A DNA stretch of 52,884 bases, taken from assembly GCA_004376265.1 (NCBI GenBank), contig SOKL01000045.1:1-52884 (forward strand). The letters are read 5' to 3'. The stretch comes from Candidatus Thorarchaeota archaeon (GTDB lineage: Archaea; Asgardarchaeota; Thorarchaeia; Thorarchaeales; Thorarchaeaceae). Shown here piece after piece: positions 28,097-39,463 of the stretch. The translations under genes and the position numbers were made by a program. The notes under the pieces are model-generated. The model worked only from the letters and a program-made list of their open reading frames with translations. It was not told the DNA's origin and did no database searches. Position 1 is the stretch's first letter. The number at the start of each line of letters is the position of its first letter.

Positions 28097-29415
28097 AACG
28101 TCGCCACCCCCCGTTGCTTTGCTTCTTCATATGCGCGGATGATAACGGGCAGGAAGTCTTCTGGCCCGACATTAATCACATTTATTCCAAATCTTGAAAG
28201 TGCTTTAGCTATCTTGTTCCGACGTTCCCAGAGCTCTTCAGAAACAGCTTCGGCTAGCACCTTTTCAACTGGTCCAAATTGACCAACTGGTGCCTCAAAC
28301 CAAGGACCGAATGGGCTAATTATGAGAGCTTTGTGACCGTTTGCCACTAAGGTTTTCATGGCATTGAGAAGCGGTGCAGGACTCTCTTCCAAATCAGTCA
28401 TCCATATGATCAATGAGCGTTTCTTACTCTGTGTAACAACATGTGCTATTGCGCTCTCATAATCACTCCATCCGGTTGGTTCTGCCATAGCAAGTATCTC
28501 TAAGACGTTGTACATATGATTTGGACGCGCACCAGGAGGTACGTAACCATGAACCATATCGCTGAAGACACATGTTCCAACAATGTCTTTCCTTTCAAGA
28601 CCCATATGAGTGAGGAGCACGGCAGCTCTGATTGCATATTCGAGCTTTGTGTTCTCAGGATAGCCATTGCCCATACTACCGCTGCTATCCACCATGACTA
28701 TAATTTGGACGTTCTTCTCCATCTCATATTGACGGATGACCATATCCCCACGTTTTGCACTTACCTTCCAATCGATGAGTCTGAATTCATCACCGGGCGT
28801 ATATTCCCTAAACCCTGCGAAGTCAGAACCCATTCCAATCGTCTTTGTGCGATGTGCACCGAACATAAGACCAAGCTGTCTCTGTTTACCCAGAGCATCC
28901 ATGCGACGAACATCCTTCCAAGTGGGGTAGACCAAGACCTCGGTCTGTTCCTTGAGAATCCGTTTGTAGTAATGGAGTCCGAGGCGGTCACGCATAATGA
29001 CCTCTGTTGGACCAAGATAATAGCGTCCACGCATCCTCGCTTGTAAAATGTATGAGAAAGTCATACTGCTTCCAGGTTCAATCCTAGAGGCAATGAAATT
29101 CTCTCCAATTGCTAAAATCCAAGTTTCAGGATATTGATCATGAACCTCAATGAAGTCAAAATGACGTCGAGAAGCATTGCGTATTGTTACTCGCACACGG
29201 ATGAAATCGCCCGAAAATAATTTTACCTTGTCAATTTGACGATCTACTTCGATGCCGGCTAGATTGGCGGTCAGTGCAAAGAGAGGCAACGTGACGACAA
29301 GACCAATCACAAGATAGACTCCTAGGAGGACGAGGTAGAAGTTCACAAAGGAGAATCCACTAGTTAATAGTAGAACTCCTGCGAAGACTACAACGAAGCC
29401 TCTCTGTGTTATCAC
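28093..29415 (-). CDS. DUF58 / VWA-like protein
   Basis: FAGFREYTPGDEFRLIDWKVSAK and VDSSGSM MIDAS-like motif. Confidence 0.92.
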   Translation of the reverse strand: MITQRGFVVVFAGVLLLTSGFSFVNFYLVLLGVYLVIGLVVTLPLFALTANLAGIEVDRQIDKVKLFSGDFIRVRVTIRNASRRHFDFIEVHDQYPETWILAIGENFIASRIEPGSSMTFSYILQARMRGRYYLGPTEVIMRDRLGLHYYKRILKEQTEVLVYPTWKDVRRMDALGKQRQLGLMFGAHRTKTIGMGSDFAGFREYTPGDEFRLIDWKVSAKRGDMVIRQYEMEKNVQIIVMVDSSGSMGNGYPENTKLEYAIRAAVLLTHMGLERKDIVGTCVFSDMVHGYVPPGARPNHMYNVLEILAMAEPTGWSDYESAIAHVVTQSKKRSLIIWMTDLEESPAPLLNAMKTLVANGHKALIISPFGPWFEAPVGQFGPVEKVLAEAVSEELWERRNKIAKALSRFGINVINVGPEDFLPVIIRAYEEAKQRGVATF

Positions 29416-29449
29416 TACATACCGTCTCCATCTAACTCAAGCACGATTA

Positions 29450-30439
29450 TCACTTTGGACAGTCCACTTCACCCAGAATCTTTGAAACTATTCGTTCCAC
29501 CGTTAGTCCTTCCAGCTCAGCTTCTGGTTTAAGGATAAGCCTATGATTCAGAGCTTGGACTGAGAGACGACGAACATCCTCAGGCACTACGTAGTCTCGT
29601 CCATCCATGGCTGCCCGTGTCTTTGAGGCATTCATAAGGACTAGAGATGCTCTTGGAGAACCTCCAAGCAAAATCTGTGGGTCGTTTCGTGTACGAATCA
29701 CAATATCTCGAATGTAGTTTATAATGTCCTCTTCTAAGAATACAGTCCTACATGTGTTCTGCATTCTCAACAATGTGGATGGGTCAGCTAGAACATCGAG
29801 GTCTGTTGCTTCACCCAAGTGTTTTCGACGAATGACCTCTGCCTCTTCCTCGTCAGTAGGATAATCTAGAATCAACCTGAACATGAATCTGTCAAGCTGG
29901 GCCTCTGGAAGCGGGTAGGTTCCTTCCTGTTCCACAGGGTTCTGTGTGGCAATAATCAGGAATGGGTTGGGGAGTTTTCTCGTCACACCTTCTATTGATA
30001 CTTGACGTTCTTCCATCACTTCAAGCAATGCGCTCTGTGATTTTGGAGGACATCTGTTGATCTCATCAGCCAGCACCAGATTCGAGAATACAGGGCCCTT
30101 GCGGTACCAGAACTCACCTGTTCGCTGGTTGAATACATTACTTCCCAACAAGTCTGCTGGAAGGGTATCCACAGTAAGCTGTATTCGTTTGAATGCACAG
30201 CCAAGGATTGATGCAAAAGTTCGAGCCATGTAGGTCTTTGCAAGACCCGGCACACCCTCAAGCACAACATGACCGTTGGAGAGAAAAGCGATTAGTACGT
30301 CTCGAAGAGCATCATCTTTTCCAACGATTATACGGCCGCACTCTCGAATAATATCACTCGTGCCCTTGTGTACCTCATCTATTGACATAGTCGCCGAGGT
30401 ATCGACGGTCACAGTGTCGTTCGTTTCTTCTGTTGTCAA
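29450..30439 (-). CDS. moxR: MoxR family AAA+ ATPase
   Basis: LEGVPGLAKT, LADEINR, ATQNPVEQEGTYPLPEAQLDRF, GGSPRA. Confidence 0.95.
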   Translation of the reverse strand: MTTEETNDTVTVDTSATMSIDEVHKGTSDIIRECGRIIVGKDDALRDVLIAFLSNGHVVLEGVPGLAKTYMARTFASILGCAFKRIQLTVDTLPADLLGSNVFNQRTGEFWYRKGPVFSNLVLADEINRCPPKSQSALLEVMEERQVSIEGVTRKLPNPFLIIATQNPVEQEGTYPLPEAQLDRFMFRLILDYPTDEEEAEVIRRKHLGEATDLDVLADPSTLLRMQNTCRTVFLEEDIINYIRDIVIRTRNDPQILLGGSPRASLVLMNASKTRAAMDGRDYVVPEDVRRLSVQALNHRLILKPEAELEGLTVERIVSKILGEVDCPK

Positions 30440-30451
30440 TTTATTCTACCT

Positions 30452-31849
30452 CTATTTTCTTGTTGTGTCTATCATATGTGATTGGATGTTACCCATGAAG
30501 AAGAAGAGATCCATCATCTCGCTCTCCTTTATTTTGATATTCTGATTAGCAGAAATCTCCTCAATCCGTTTTATCATCATGAAGAAATCATCCTGCTTCA
30601 GTGTAGAATCTTTGTAACGCATGATATCCCATACTTTCTGGGGGTCATACTCGGTCCATTGTTGAGTTTTCCGCAGACCTCGTCTCATCCTTCTATATAG
30701 CATCTTTATTACACGAGCATAGTTACCTTCCGTCGTATAGTATGTCATTCGCTCGCTGAAATATGTCTGTCCGCGTCTGAGGAAGACATCTGACACACTT
30801 TTGACCTCTGGTTTTTTGATATCGGGCAAGTACCTCCTGATACCTAATGTAGTGAAGAGAGGATAGATTGCAGATAAAACTGGTAATGATGATAACCAGA
30901 GAACTCGTCCCAAGTATAATCCAAAGAAGAACTCACTAGCTGCGAAAGGAACTTCAAGAAGTTGTTCACAAAACAGCACTGGTTGTGTTGTATCACCATG
31001 AGTTAGCCACTCAATGATATTCGAACCAAACCTCCGATTTCCGAGGAATCGACTCCACATGTCATTATTGAAGATACTAGGGTCACTGACTGCGACAATC
31101 CTCCCGCCAATTGATCCATCTCCACCAGCCAGGTCTAAAGCACCAGCCACAGGAAGACTACCACTCCACTCATCAGGATCAGGGTCAGGAGATGGGTCAG
31201 TGATATTCTTCTCACACCAAGACCGAGCTGTTGTCCAGGCTATACCTGCTTGTCCCATCACGCTATAGGGGTTTAAGGCTGAGGCCCAGTTTAAATGAAG
31301 CTCAGTTACTCCCGCGGTCAATGCTCCTCCATCAACACCGGCTCTGAAGTCCCTTATGATTGGTAATCTTGGATCCTTTGCCAAATCAAAAGAATCTAGG
31401 TCAAAAAGGACACCTCCAGTGAATGAAAGTAGACCAGCGCTTCTGTTGTCCCCCGTGATCCCTCCAAGGAATATATTCAGTAGCGCCATCGATGCATTCG
31501 CAGACCCAAAATCATCAGCTATTATCACACCACCGCCAGCTTGTAAATGCGTAAAGAGTACTAACAAAGCATCTAAGCTAAAGTCTCTCACAGGCCCCAT
31601 GATTGCAATCACAGCTGAGCCATTATACCGTGAAGCAACGCTCATGCTTGCTTGAATTGATAAGACCTCACGACCTGTGTCAGAAATACTTGATGCGAAC
31701 TGGCTGAGCCCAAATTCTTGGTCATTGTAAATGGAAAAGTCTTGTTCGTAAGAAGATGTCATACCAACCAATGGACCCACAGCTAGAATGGTGATTGGAA
31801 TCCACGATAAGATGAATAGAATGACTTGACCATACTCTTTCCAGCCCAT
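30452..31849 (-). CDS. DUF4350-like membrane-anchored protein
   Basis: FSIYN...GLS, GGGVIIADDFG..N, GRIVAVSDPSIFNNDM; position in MoxR operon. Confidence 0.75.
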   Translation of the reverse strand: MGWKEYGQVILFILSWIPITILAVGPLVGMTSSYEQDFSIYNDQEFGLSQFASSISDTGREVLSIQASMSVASRYNGSAVIAIMGPVRDFSLDALLVLFTHLQAGGGVIIADDFGSANASMALLNIFLGGITGDNRSAGLLSFTGGVLFDLDSFDLAKDPRLPIIRDFRAGVDGGALTAGVTELHLNWASALNPYSVMGQAGIAWTTARSWCEKNITDPSPDPDPDEWSGSLPVAGALDLAGGDGSIGGRIVAVSDPSIFNNDMWSRFLGNRRFGSNIIEWLTHGDTTQPVLFCEQLLEVPFAASEFFFGLYLGRVLWLSSLPVLSAIYPLFTTLGIRRYLPDIKKPEVKSVSDVFLRRGQTYFSERMTYYTTEGNYARVIKMLYRRMRRGLRKTQQWTEYDPQKVWDIMRYKDSTLKQDDFFMMIKRIEEISANQNIKIKESEMMDLFFFMGNIQSHMIDTTRK

Positions 31850-31867
31850 CAGTATCTCTCCGTTTTC

Positions 31868-34800
31868 TTAATCTATTGGTGTTGTTGTATCAATCCTGGG
31901 ATATAGATTTGTGAATATTCGGACTGCTTCTTCATACCTCTCGCGAGTCATCTCGTGATGCGAGAAGCGAGCTTCTTCGTATGTCTGCACGAATTGTTCA
32001 ACAGTCGCAAGATCAAGCGGAATTGCTTGAAGCACCCGGTCCAAGTAATCGCGAGCGGTTTCGTTGTGACTACGCTCTGAACCCATCTTTGTGCCGCACA
32101 TTTGCTCAAAGGTTCGGTACGCCAAAGTAATTGATGCACCGTACTTTCCGGCATCTGCTAGCTTCTTGATGTTTCGTAACTTGGTGGGTACATCAAATCC
32201 TCTCGATACTGCCGTACTGCGGAACATTCCTCTTACAATATACAGATACGCCAGAACGGCGACAACTGCACCTACAAGTAAGATACCTGCTATGAGTAAA
32301 TCTGTTTCTTGCAATGGATTACCACCTGTTGTTGTTTGAATATTTATTGTGAATTCATCAGAACTTACTGGTGTGACTTCTGATGAAAGGACAGTGAGTG
32401 TGAATATGACTGAAGTTCCATCTGGATAAGAACCCATTTGGTAGGAGATGAAACCATCTGAACCAGTGGATAATGGATAGTTTTCTCCATCAACGGTTAG
32501 TTGGACATTCCGATTCAGTATCGGATTATCATTTGGATCGACGAGGGAAACTTGTATTGCGAAAGTTTGCCCAGGATCTATTCTACTTGGTGTTAATGAT
32601 TGGAAGTTAACCGCTGTGAAAACATGAATTGTGTTAATAGATTCGAATGAGTCAGGATCAAGGAAAGAGCCACCAGCAAATTCTGCAGTGACTGTGAATA
32701 AGCCGCTTTCGGTCCAGCTGAGAGGTAGAACCACCACGAATGTCATTCCTGCAGCGTTTGTAAGCTGGATATTATACAAAAACGTCGAGCCCAGAAATAT
32801 ATCGACAAATTCCCCATCCAAAGCAACTCCGTCGTCATCGTGAAGCTGTACATCTATTGAGAAACTTTCACCAGGCAAGAAAGACCCTTGATTGAGAATA
32901 ACATCAATCTCGGAAACGACATAGACATCAATGAACCAGGGAGTTGGTCCATTCCTCAAATCGTGATAAGTTGACACAACTCGAACAGAGATATTGTAAG
33001 TACCACCGAGTGCATTAAGGGGTACGTTAAGTGAGAGGGAAAAAGCACCGGTAACACTTGTGAGTTCAGTAAACCCTGTCGGATTGCCATCAGAGAGGAC
33101 TTCAACTGTTGTGGATTCTACTGCAAAACCACCATCATTTAGTACAATACCTGTCACGACCAGTGTGTCACCACGACTGACTGTGTTATCAACTGGTTCT
33201 GGGTCGAGGAAGACATCCACTCGCTCCATAACCATGACATCGTTGAAGAATACAAGTATGTCGAGCGTACCAAATGATATGTTGGGAACTCTGAACAGAG
33301 TGTAACCAGAAATGATACCAGGAGTGAGGGTCCATGGAATCGTGTGTACGTAATTGTAAGCACCGAACACAGGATCGCTAATTGTAATTGTAGTGAGAAG
33401 TTCTCCATCCCACCAAATTTCGACATCATATCCGACCATCGGAGTGGTATTTGTGAACTGCAAAGTCCCTGAGAATGTGACGTCTTGGTTCAGGTAGACT
33501 AATACAGGATCTACTGAAGTTGTGAGGTCGATGGTGATGATGGCCACAGTGATTGTTGGAGTGGGCGACATTCCAGCTGCGGCATATCCAGCGGGGTCAA
33601 TGTAAGCCCAGACCTGTCTATCGCCAATAGGTATGTATCCTAGGACTGAATATTCAAAGTAGAAGTCACCAGAGCTATCTGTAATATCATTAAGTTGAAT
33701 TGTATCCCAGACTCCAAATGGGTCACCCCAAAAGAAGTCAACTGGTGAGTTTGCATAGGGTGTACCATTGTCCCAGGTCACCGTTCCCCAGATTGTTAAG
33801 GTGTAATTCAAGTATACCGTTGCAGGGGCTACATTGAATGCAGGCCACAGGTACCCAGGGGCTACGATCACAATCGGAGGAGCAGATGTTGATGAACTAG
33901 CTATCCATGGAAATGGAGAGTTGAATTCGACGACTAAAATATAGAGCGCGGGAGTTGTTGATCCTGGAATAGTCCAACTGATGTAAAAGTCTCCAGATCC
34001 ATCTGTCACATTGACCTCTTGTGTAATCCCGAACAGGGTCAGTTCGACTGTGACTCCACTATAGGGATCGTTTGATGGACCATATTCCAACGTGCCAGTG
34101 ACAATCACTGTTTCTGTCAACCTGTATACACCTAATGGCACATCAACTCCCGATATAGTCGTGAGCCATTGTTCGAGGGTCAAGATATTGTGAATTGATT
34201 CATTTGCACCTCTCAGGAGAGTGCCATTATAATCACCGTACACGTGAATACCAGTCCGAACTGTGTCATATTTCATACCAAAGTAGAGTAGGTTTCCCTG
34301 ACCAGTGCCATCAGTTGTGATTGTCCCCAAGAATGTAAGTGTTCCATTATCCCAGTAGATGTCAACGTCGGCATTTGAAATGGCAGAACTGTTGTGCGGG
34401 AAGTAGAGATATGCATGAATTGTGATTGTTTCATTCTGTTTGATTGGGTTGAAGTCAAGAGTGACTTCAAGATTTACAGCGTACTTTCTTCGAATGATAT
34501 CAAAGTACGTAGTTACACTGTTATGCAGAAGATCCGAACTATTGTATTGAGCTCTAAAATTGATCGTGCCTTCGTTATATGTCAAGAACGTAAACGGTGA
34601 AAAGGTACCGCCAGTAGAGTTAGTTGTTGAATTATCGATGTCGACCCAATCAAATCCGTCGAAATATTGTATGTAAACAGTTTCACCCACAAGTGGTGGA
34701 GTACCTCCAAGATATGTAAGCAAAGTCTGGACATCAAAGTTCAACTGGTCAACGAATAATTGGGCAGGTGCTGTTACTGCTATCTCTAAATCATATCTTA

Positions 34801-37800
34801 GTAATTGAATCTGAGGAGCCAATGAACTGGCAGCATCATCAAATTCTGGAGTCCATGAAATCCAATATACGTTGACAGTTATTGTTTCTGGCTCATCTTG
34901 CGTGGGAGTGCAGTTGTAGAACATCTGATAATTCCCAAGTGCATCAGTCATCTTCTGGAAAGAAAAGGTTCCAGTTGAGTTAATCCAGTCAATATCGACT
35001 AATTGGAAGGGAATTGGAGTTCCGTTTGCAAACTGAAGGTTTCCATAAAGCCGAATGGTCTCGTTAACATAATAGAAGGTAAAGTCATCCTGAATCGATA
35101 TGAGGGTACTAGTGGCCTCAACTAACAGGTCCTCGTGTAGGGATTCGCCATCATAGACCATGATGTATGGTGAAGTGAAATTTGCCCAGATATAGACCAG
35201 TTCAGTTGCTTGTCCAATGGGAATCGTGTATTGGTAGAGATAACCTCCAGTAGAGTTTGTCATCGCATTTCCAATGTAGAAGATACCCGTACTATTCTCT
35301 ATCCAGAAATCTACCCATTCATTAGCTAACGGGAATGCAAATTCAGAGAGCTGTAGAATTCCCTCAATATCTACTGGTTGAAGAATATACACAGGATCAG
35401 GAGTGACGATGATTGGGTCCAGGGAAACATCCATCTTCTTCACGGTTGTAAAACGATGGACTGATTCTGAATCGGATATTGTGGGTTCCAACGAAGTAAA
35501 GTATGACCAGTATTCTATTGGACCTTCGTCTGATTCGAGAACTGTATAGTTGAACTCGTAGTATCCGTCAAATGCTGTCAATACTGACCCAAGATGGAAG
35601 ACAGAACCATTGTTCCAATAGATATCAACCCATCTACCTCCTACTCCAGTACCGTTCGATGCATGTGTCAAATACCCGAAGAGTGTGATGTTCCATCCGA
35701 CATAAAGGGGATCAAAGACTGGATTGATTGTGAGAACAGTTCCGCCAGATTCAACATCAACTGGAATAGATATGCTCCAATTTCCAGCAATTAATGGCCA
35801 TGGAGAACTCCAATTTGCACGAGCCATATATGTACCCTCTGCCTGACCAAGTGGAATTGTATACATCCAAGTAAATCCTCCAGTGGCGTTGATTGGTCTT
35901 GAAGCGTTTGCTTGAGCGCCAAAGAAGACTCCTACTTCCTCATCCGTGGGTAGATATGTTCCATTGAGAAGTTGTATCATTCCATCGTAGTCTATATCAG
36001 CTCCTCTGAAAGCGGCTGTAGGTGATACATCCAATGTAAATCCAACACGGCCCCAGACGGTCACATTGGATTCACTCGAATTTGCTGCATTTAGCCTGGG
36101 AATAGGACCATCCCAGTCACCAGCATACCATGACCAGACGCTGTGATTTCCAACTGTCATATCGACCAGATTCAATGGATCAATATAGATATCGAGCTCA
36201 TAATATCCGTACTCGTTAATGAAAGCATTACCCATGACTGTATTGTTCCACATTATCTGAATCCATTTGTTGTCATAGTTCGAGCTATTGACAGGGACTC
36301 CTCCAACAGTCATCGTCCCGTAGACATGAATTGTATCCTCCCAATAAGCTATGAAAGGGTCTACTCCCTGGCTTACATTGAGGTCTCTCGTTTCACTCAG
36401 GACAAACTCACCAGTAATTTCAGACTCACTCATTGGACTTGGAGTTCCAACTGCAAAGACGGATGTTGCGTTTGTCGCAAATAATGTCGCAGTAGTCCAT
36501 GTGGCAGATATGATGTGGTAGTCAATAGTGGCACCTGAGGGGAATGCATAGGGAATTTGATCTCCCAGATTATGTACCCCTATATCCACTGAGTCAAGCT
36601 CATCATAAATAGTCAATACCTCTGGTGTGGTTACTGGAATTCCTTCTACTGTAAGAGAGGTACTTAGATTGAAAGGATCTCCAATTTGTGACCAGGGTTG
36701 ACCAGTCGTGGGCCAAATTAGAAGCTCAATATTTGGGATTGGTGTATTTCCTGGAATTTCGCCTCCGCCAAATTCATCTGGTAAAGGAGTTGGAATCACC
36801 TGAATCCATTCACCATCACCGCCAGCCATAGGAACGAACACTTCAGCCCAGAACTGCATATGTCGGACCTGAACATACCTCAGGTTATTCAATGGGTCTA
36901 GTTCGCCCAAGGCGTACCCTTTCACTATCCGTGCAGGAATACCTAACCCACGCATAAACACACAATATGCTGTGGCAAAATCCATGGGAAGACCACCACC
37001 ACGTTCGAGGAACCAGTCTGTTGTTTCCTGACCTGATGGGCGGTCTGACAACGCAGCCTGATTGATGATTAAGTCAAAAGTACTTTGGAAATACACTTGA
37101 ACAACCATGGCCCTCTCGTATACGTTATTGCCAACCAGAGAGAATTGTGTGTAATTGTTCACCACACGCGTAGTTGGGGTGAATGAGTTGGATATGTATG
37201 GATCAGTGTACCAAGGAAATGGACCATTACGTGCATTGAAGATGACATTGGGAAGATCCTGATTTACATAGGAGATATCATAACTAACCAAGACTTCCTC
37301 GCCAGTTCCACCTAAAATGAAAGGCGTAAAGAGTAGACTTCCGTATGCATCAGTTTCTAATGTGTAGCTCTCAATACGACTTGGAACATCCATCACGGGT
37401 GCGTCATCTACCATACTGTATGTCTGAAAGGAATCTTCTATAAAACGGATGTTCGGAAAAATGACTGGGAGCTCAATAGATCCCACTGTTGCACCTGCTG
37501 TTGCATAGAAGAATATCGAGTAAATAGTATTGATTGCCTCTCCATAAGTTATCAACTGCTCTGTTGAGAGGGCAAATGGTGTTAAGTCGGACTTGCTCCA
37601 AATGTTTGTATCGCCATCATAGTCATCATACGACCCCGTACGCCATAATTGTCCTGGATTTCCAGGCGCTACAACGAACACAACTTCATCCAGGTTGCCC
37701 AGTGTATTATTAGGAAGAGGTAGTTCCAATAGAATGTCTGAATAATTTACGGGTTCATTCCAGTCAGTGGTTCCTCCAGTGAAGTTATTGTTATACGGCC

Positions 37801-37987
37801 AGTAATCGATATCGTCGTATGGAAAATGTGGTTCATAATCCCTAACAACGCCGAATTGAATCATACCAAAACTGTATGTAGCCCACACGAGACTTGACAC
37901 TATAATGAGGGAACTAATGATTGTGGTTATACCCATTCGTTTGCGGGTTTTTGTATCGGCGCTCAATACATTATTCCTCTTGTTCAC
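31868..37987 (-). CDS. 2039-aa surface protein: transglutaminase-like domain (triad substituted), Ig-like repeats, TM, DUF4129-like C-terminus
   Basis: FATAYCVFMRGLGIPARIVKGY...FWAEVF...W...PTP; repeated GxL...GxP...V.I.W...TDxxGxY modules; ETARDY...YEEARFS. Confidence 0.85.
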   Translation of the reverse strand: MNKRNNVLSADTKTRKRMGITTIISSLIIVSSLVWATYSFGMIQFGVVRDYEPHFPYDDIDYWPYNNNFTGGTTDWNEPVNYSDILLELPLPNNTLGNLDEVVFVVAPGNPGQLWRTGSYDDYDGDTNIWSKSDLTPFALSTEQLITYGEAINTIYSIFFYATAGATVGSIELPVIFPNIRFIEDSFQTYSMVDDAPVMDVPSRIESYTLETDAYGSLLFTPFILGGTGEEVLVSYDISYVNQDLPNVIFNARNGPFPWYTDPYISNSFTPTTRVVNNYTQFSLVGNNVYERAMVVQVYFQSTFDLIINQAALSDRPSGQETTDWFLERGGGLPMDFATAYCVFMRGLGIPARIVKGYALGELDPLNNLRYVQVRHMQFWAEVFVPMAGGDGEWIQVIPTPLPDEFGGGEIPGNTPIPNIELLIWPTTGQPWSQIGDPFNLSTSLTVEGIPVTTPEVLTIYDELDSVDIGVHNLGDQIPYAFPSGATIDYHIISATWTTATLFATNATSVFAVGTPSPMSESEITGEFVLSETRDLNVSQGVDPFIAYWEDTIHVYGTMTVGGVPVNSSNYDNKWIQIMWNNTVMGNAFINEYGYYELDIYIDPLNLVDMTVGNHSVWSWYAGDWDGPIPRLNAANSSESNVTVWGRVGFTLDVSPTAAFRGADIDYDGMIQLLNGTYLPTDEEVGVFFGAQANASRPINATGGFTWMYTIPLGQAEGTYMARANWSSPWPLIAGNWSISIPVDVESGGTVLTINPVFDPLYVGWNITLFGYLTHASNGTGVGGRWVDIYWNNGSVFHLGSVLTAFDGYYEFNYTVLESDEGPIEYWSYFTSLEPTISDSESVHRFTTVKKMDVSLDPIIVTPDPVYILQPVDIEGILQLSEFAFPLANEWVDFWIENSTGIFYIGNAMTNSTGGYLYQYTIPIGQATELVYIWANFTSPYIMVYDGESLHEDLLVEATSTLISIQDDFTFYYVNETIRLYGNLQFANGTPIPFQLVDIDWINSTGTFSFQKMTDALGNYQMFYNCTPTQDEPETITVNVYWISWTPEFDDAASSLAPQIQLLRYDLEIAVTAPAQLFVDQLNFDVQTLLTYLGGTPPLVGETVYIQYFDGFDWVDIDNSTTNSTGGTFSPFTFLTYNEGTINFRAQYNSSDLLHNSVTTYFDIIRRKYAVNLEVTLDFNPIKQNETITIHAYLYFPHNSSAISNADVDIYWDNGTLTFLGTITTDGTGQGNLLYFGMKYDTVRTGIHVYGDYNGTLLRGANESIHNILTLEQWLTTISGVDVPLGVYRLTETVIVTGTLEYGPSNDPYSGVTVELTLFGITQEVNVTDGSGDFYISWTIPGSTTPALYILVVEFNSPFPWIASSSTSAPPIVIVAPGYLWPAFNVAPATVYLNYTLTIWGTVTWDNGTPYANSPVDFFWGDPFGVWDTIQLNDITDSSGDFYFEYSVLGYIPIGDRQVWAYIDPAGYAAAGMSPTPTITVAIITIDLTTSVDPVLVYLNQDVTFSGTLQFTNTTPMVGYDVEIWWDGELLTTITISDPVFGAYNYVHTIPWTLTPGIISGYTLFRVPNISFGTLDILVFFNDVMVMERVDVFLDPEPVDNTVSRGDTLVVTGIVLNDGGFAVESTTVEVLSDGNPTGFTELTSVTGAFSLSLNVPLNALGGTYNISVRVVSTYHDLRNGPTPWFIDVYVVSEIDVILNQGSFLPGESFSIDVQLHDDDGVALDGEFVDIFLGSTFLYNIQLTNAAGMTFVVVLPLSWTESGLFTVTAEFAGGSFLDPDSFESINTIHVFTAVNFQSLTPSRIDPGQTFAIQVSLVDPNDNPILNRNVQLTVDGENYPLSTGSDGFISYQMGSYPDGTSVIFTLTVLSSEVTPVSSDEFTINIQTTTGGNPLQETDLLIAGILLVGAVVAVLAYLYIVRGMFRSTAVSRGFDVPTKLRNIKKLADAGKYGASITLAYRTFEQMCGTKMGSERSHNETARDYLDRVLQAIPLDLATVEQFVQTYEEARFSHHEMTRERYEEAVRIFTNLYPRIDTTTPID

Positions 37988-38186
37988 AAAGTTCGTGATT
38001 TGGCATGGGTTGTAGCATACGTGGGGCGCAAGTTACTCTCAAACGTCCTTTTCTAACAATTAAAGGGTATTTCTGCTGAACTCGATTTCGTTTATCGAAA
38101 GTATCTTGAGGCAAATTGTAGTTATACTCGAAAATCATCACTGAACAGATAACCACAACCAGATAGATTGCAAGGGGATTCATGTT

Positions 38187-38768
38187 ATGGAACCGTTAGA
38201 GAAAAAAATCGAGCAATTCGTAAGACAGGAACTTGTAAAGAGTGGTCGAGGAGCCCACACTTTGGACCACACAATGAGGGTGTATTCATTGTGTATGAAG
38301 ATAGGCACGGATCTGAAGGCGAATCTCAAAGTGTTGGGAGCTGCTGCGCTTCTTCATGATGTCGGTCGACCTCGAGAAGAAGAAACAGCAGTTTCTCACT
38401 CCATTCTGTCCGGTGAGATGGGAAGAGGTATTCTCAGTGAAAGCGAGTTCACAGATTCGGAGATAGACCATGTTGTGGAAGTAATAAGAACTCACAGATT
38501 CAGTGAGGGTCTTGAACCAAACTCACTGGAAGGGAAGATACTGAGTGATGTTGACAAACTTGATGCAATGGGGGCTATTGGTGTGTTTCGCGCTGTGGCA
38601 CAAGCTGCTAGCACCGGGGCGGGGATTGAGGGATTCCTATATCACGCGGATGAAAAATTGCTGAAACTTCGAGAGTTAATGTATACGGATAATGCACGAA
38701 TTGAAGCAGGGCATCGGTATCAAACGCTAGAAGCATTTGTTAACCAGCTAAGAAGTGAGTTAGGATGA
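38187..38768 (+). CDS. HD domain phosphohydrolase
   Basis: AHTLDHTMRV, AALLHDVGR, HRFS, SDVDKLDAMGAIG. Confidence 0.9.
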   Translation: MEPLEKKIEQFVRQELVKSGRGAHTLDHTMRVYSLCMKIGTDLKANLKVLGAAALLHDVGRPREEETAVSHSILSGEMGRGILSESEFTDSEIDHVVEVIRTHRFSEGLEPNSLEGKILSDVDKLDAMGAIGVFRAVAQAASTGAGIEGFLYHADEKLLKLRELMYTDNARIEAGHRYQTLEAFVNQLRSELG

Positions 38769-39341
38769 AGACCTACGACTCAGAAAGAGTTCAAGGTAAG
38801 ACTCGCGAATAGATTGGGTTGGTTCTAGACCCAGTTTTTTCACCATCGCAAAGATGTTTTCTCGTGCATTGGAAATCTCATCATAGTTCGAAATACTCTC
38901 AAGTTCCAAGAATAATCCAACATCCTCTACATCGTCAATACTGATTGTTATGGCAGGTATGCTAAAGAATTGACGCTTCTTCGTGATTGTTGCTACAAGC
39001 TTGAATCCGAGATTCTCAAGAAGGGATGTGATTTCCTCGGCATCATTGAGTTTAACAGAAGATTCAATTCGTGTCTTTGTAGTGCTATCAATTTTCGGAC
39101 CCTTGTATGTGAGCTCCACTAAATCAGTTGGGGATTCAAGTTCTGCATTGTCAAAGGGTCGTCTTAATCTCACCCTGAGAGCCTCATCGGTTTCTGAAAA
39201 GGTTCTACACGGATGTTCAAAATACGAATCAATCTGAACCTCTTGGTTGATCTTCTTTGCTCCAACATTCAGAATTCGATGTTCTATTTCATCAAAACTA
39301 TCAATTGAAATCTTGACCTCAACCTCGTATGTATCTCCCAT
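38760..39341 (-). CDS. cyaB: class IV adenylate cyclase / CYTH family protein
   Basis: EVEVK, DSYF, ALRVR, LTYKGPK, FLELE, SYLEL. Confidence 0.9.
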   Translation of the reverse strand: MGDTYEVEVKISIDSFDEIEHRILNVGAKKINQEVQIDSYFEHPCRTFSETDEALRVRLRRPFDNAELESPTDLVELTYKGPKIDSTTKTRIESSVKLNDAEEITSLLENLGFKLVATITKKRQFFSIPAITISIDDVEDVGLFLELESISNYDEISNARENIFAMVKKLGLEPTQSIRESYLELFLSRRSSS

Positions 39342-39463
39342 AGGATCAACTTCTGTTAATAGTTCCTGACTTGAACAGTGAACTGTTTAGATGTTTCCCT
39401 TAGATGGTTAAGCCATAAGCCAAATAACTGCGATGAGTCCTCAAGGGAACGGTTGATGTCACT

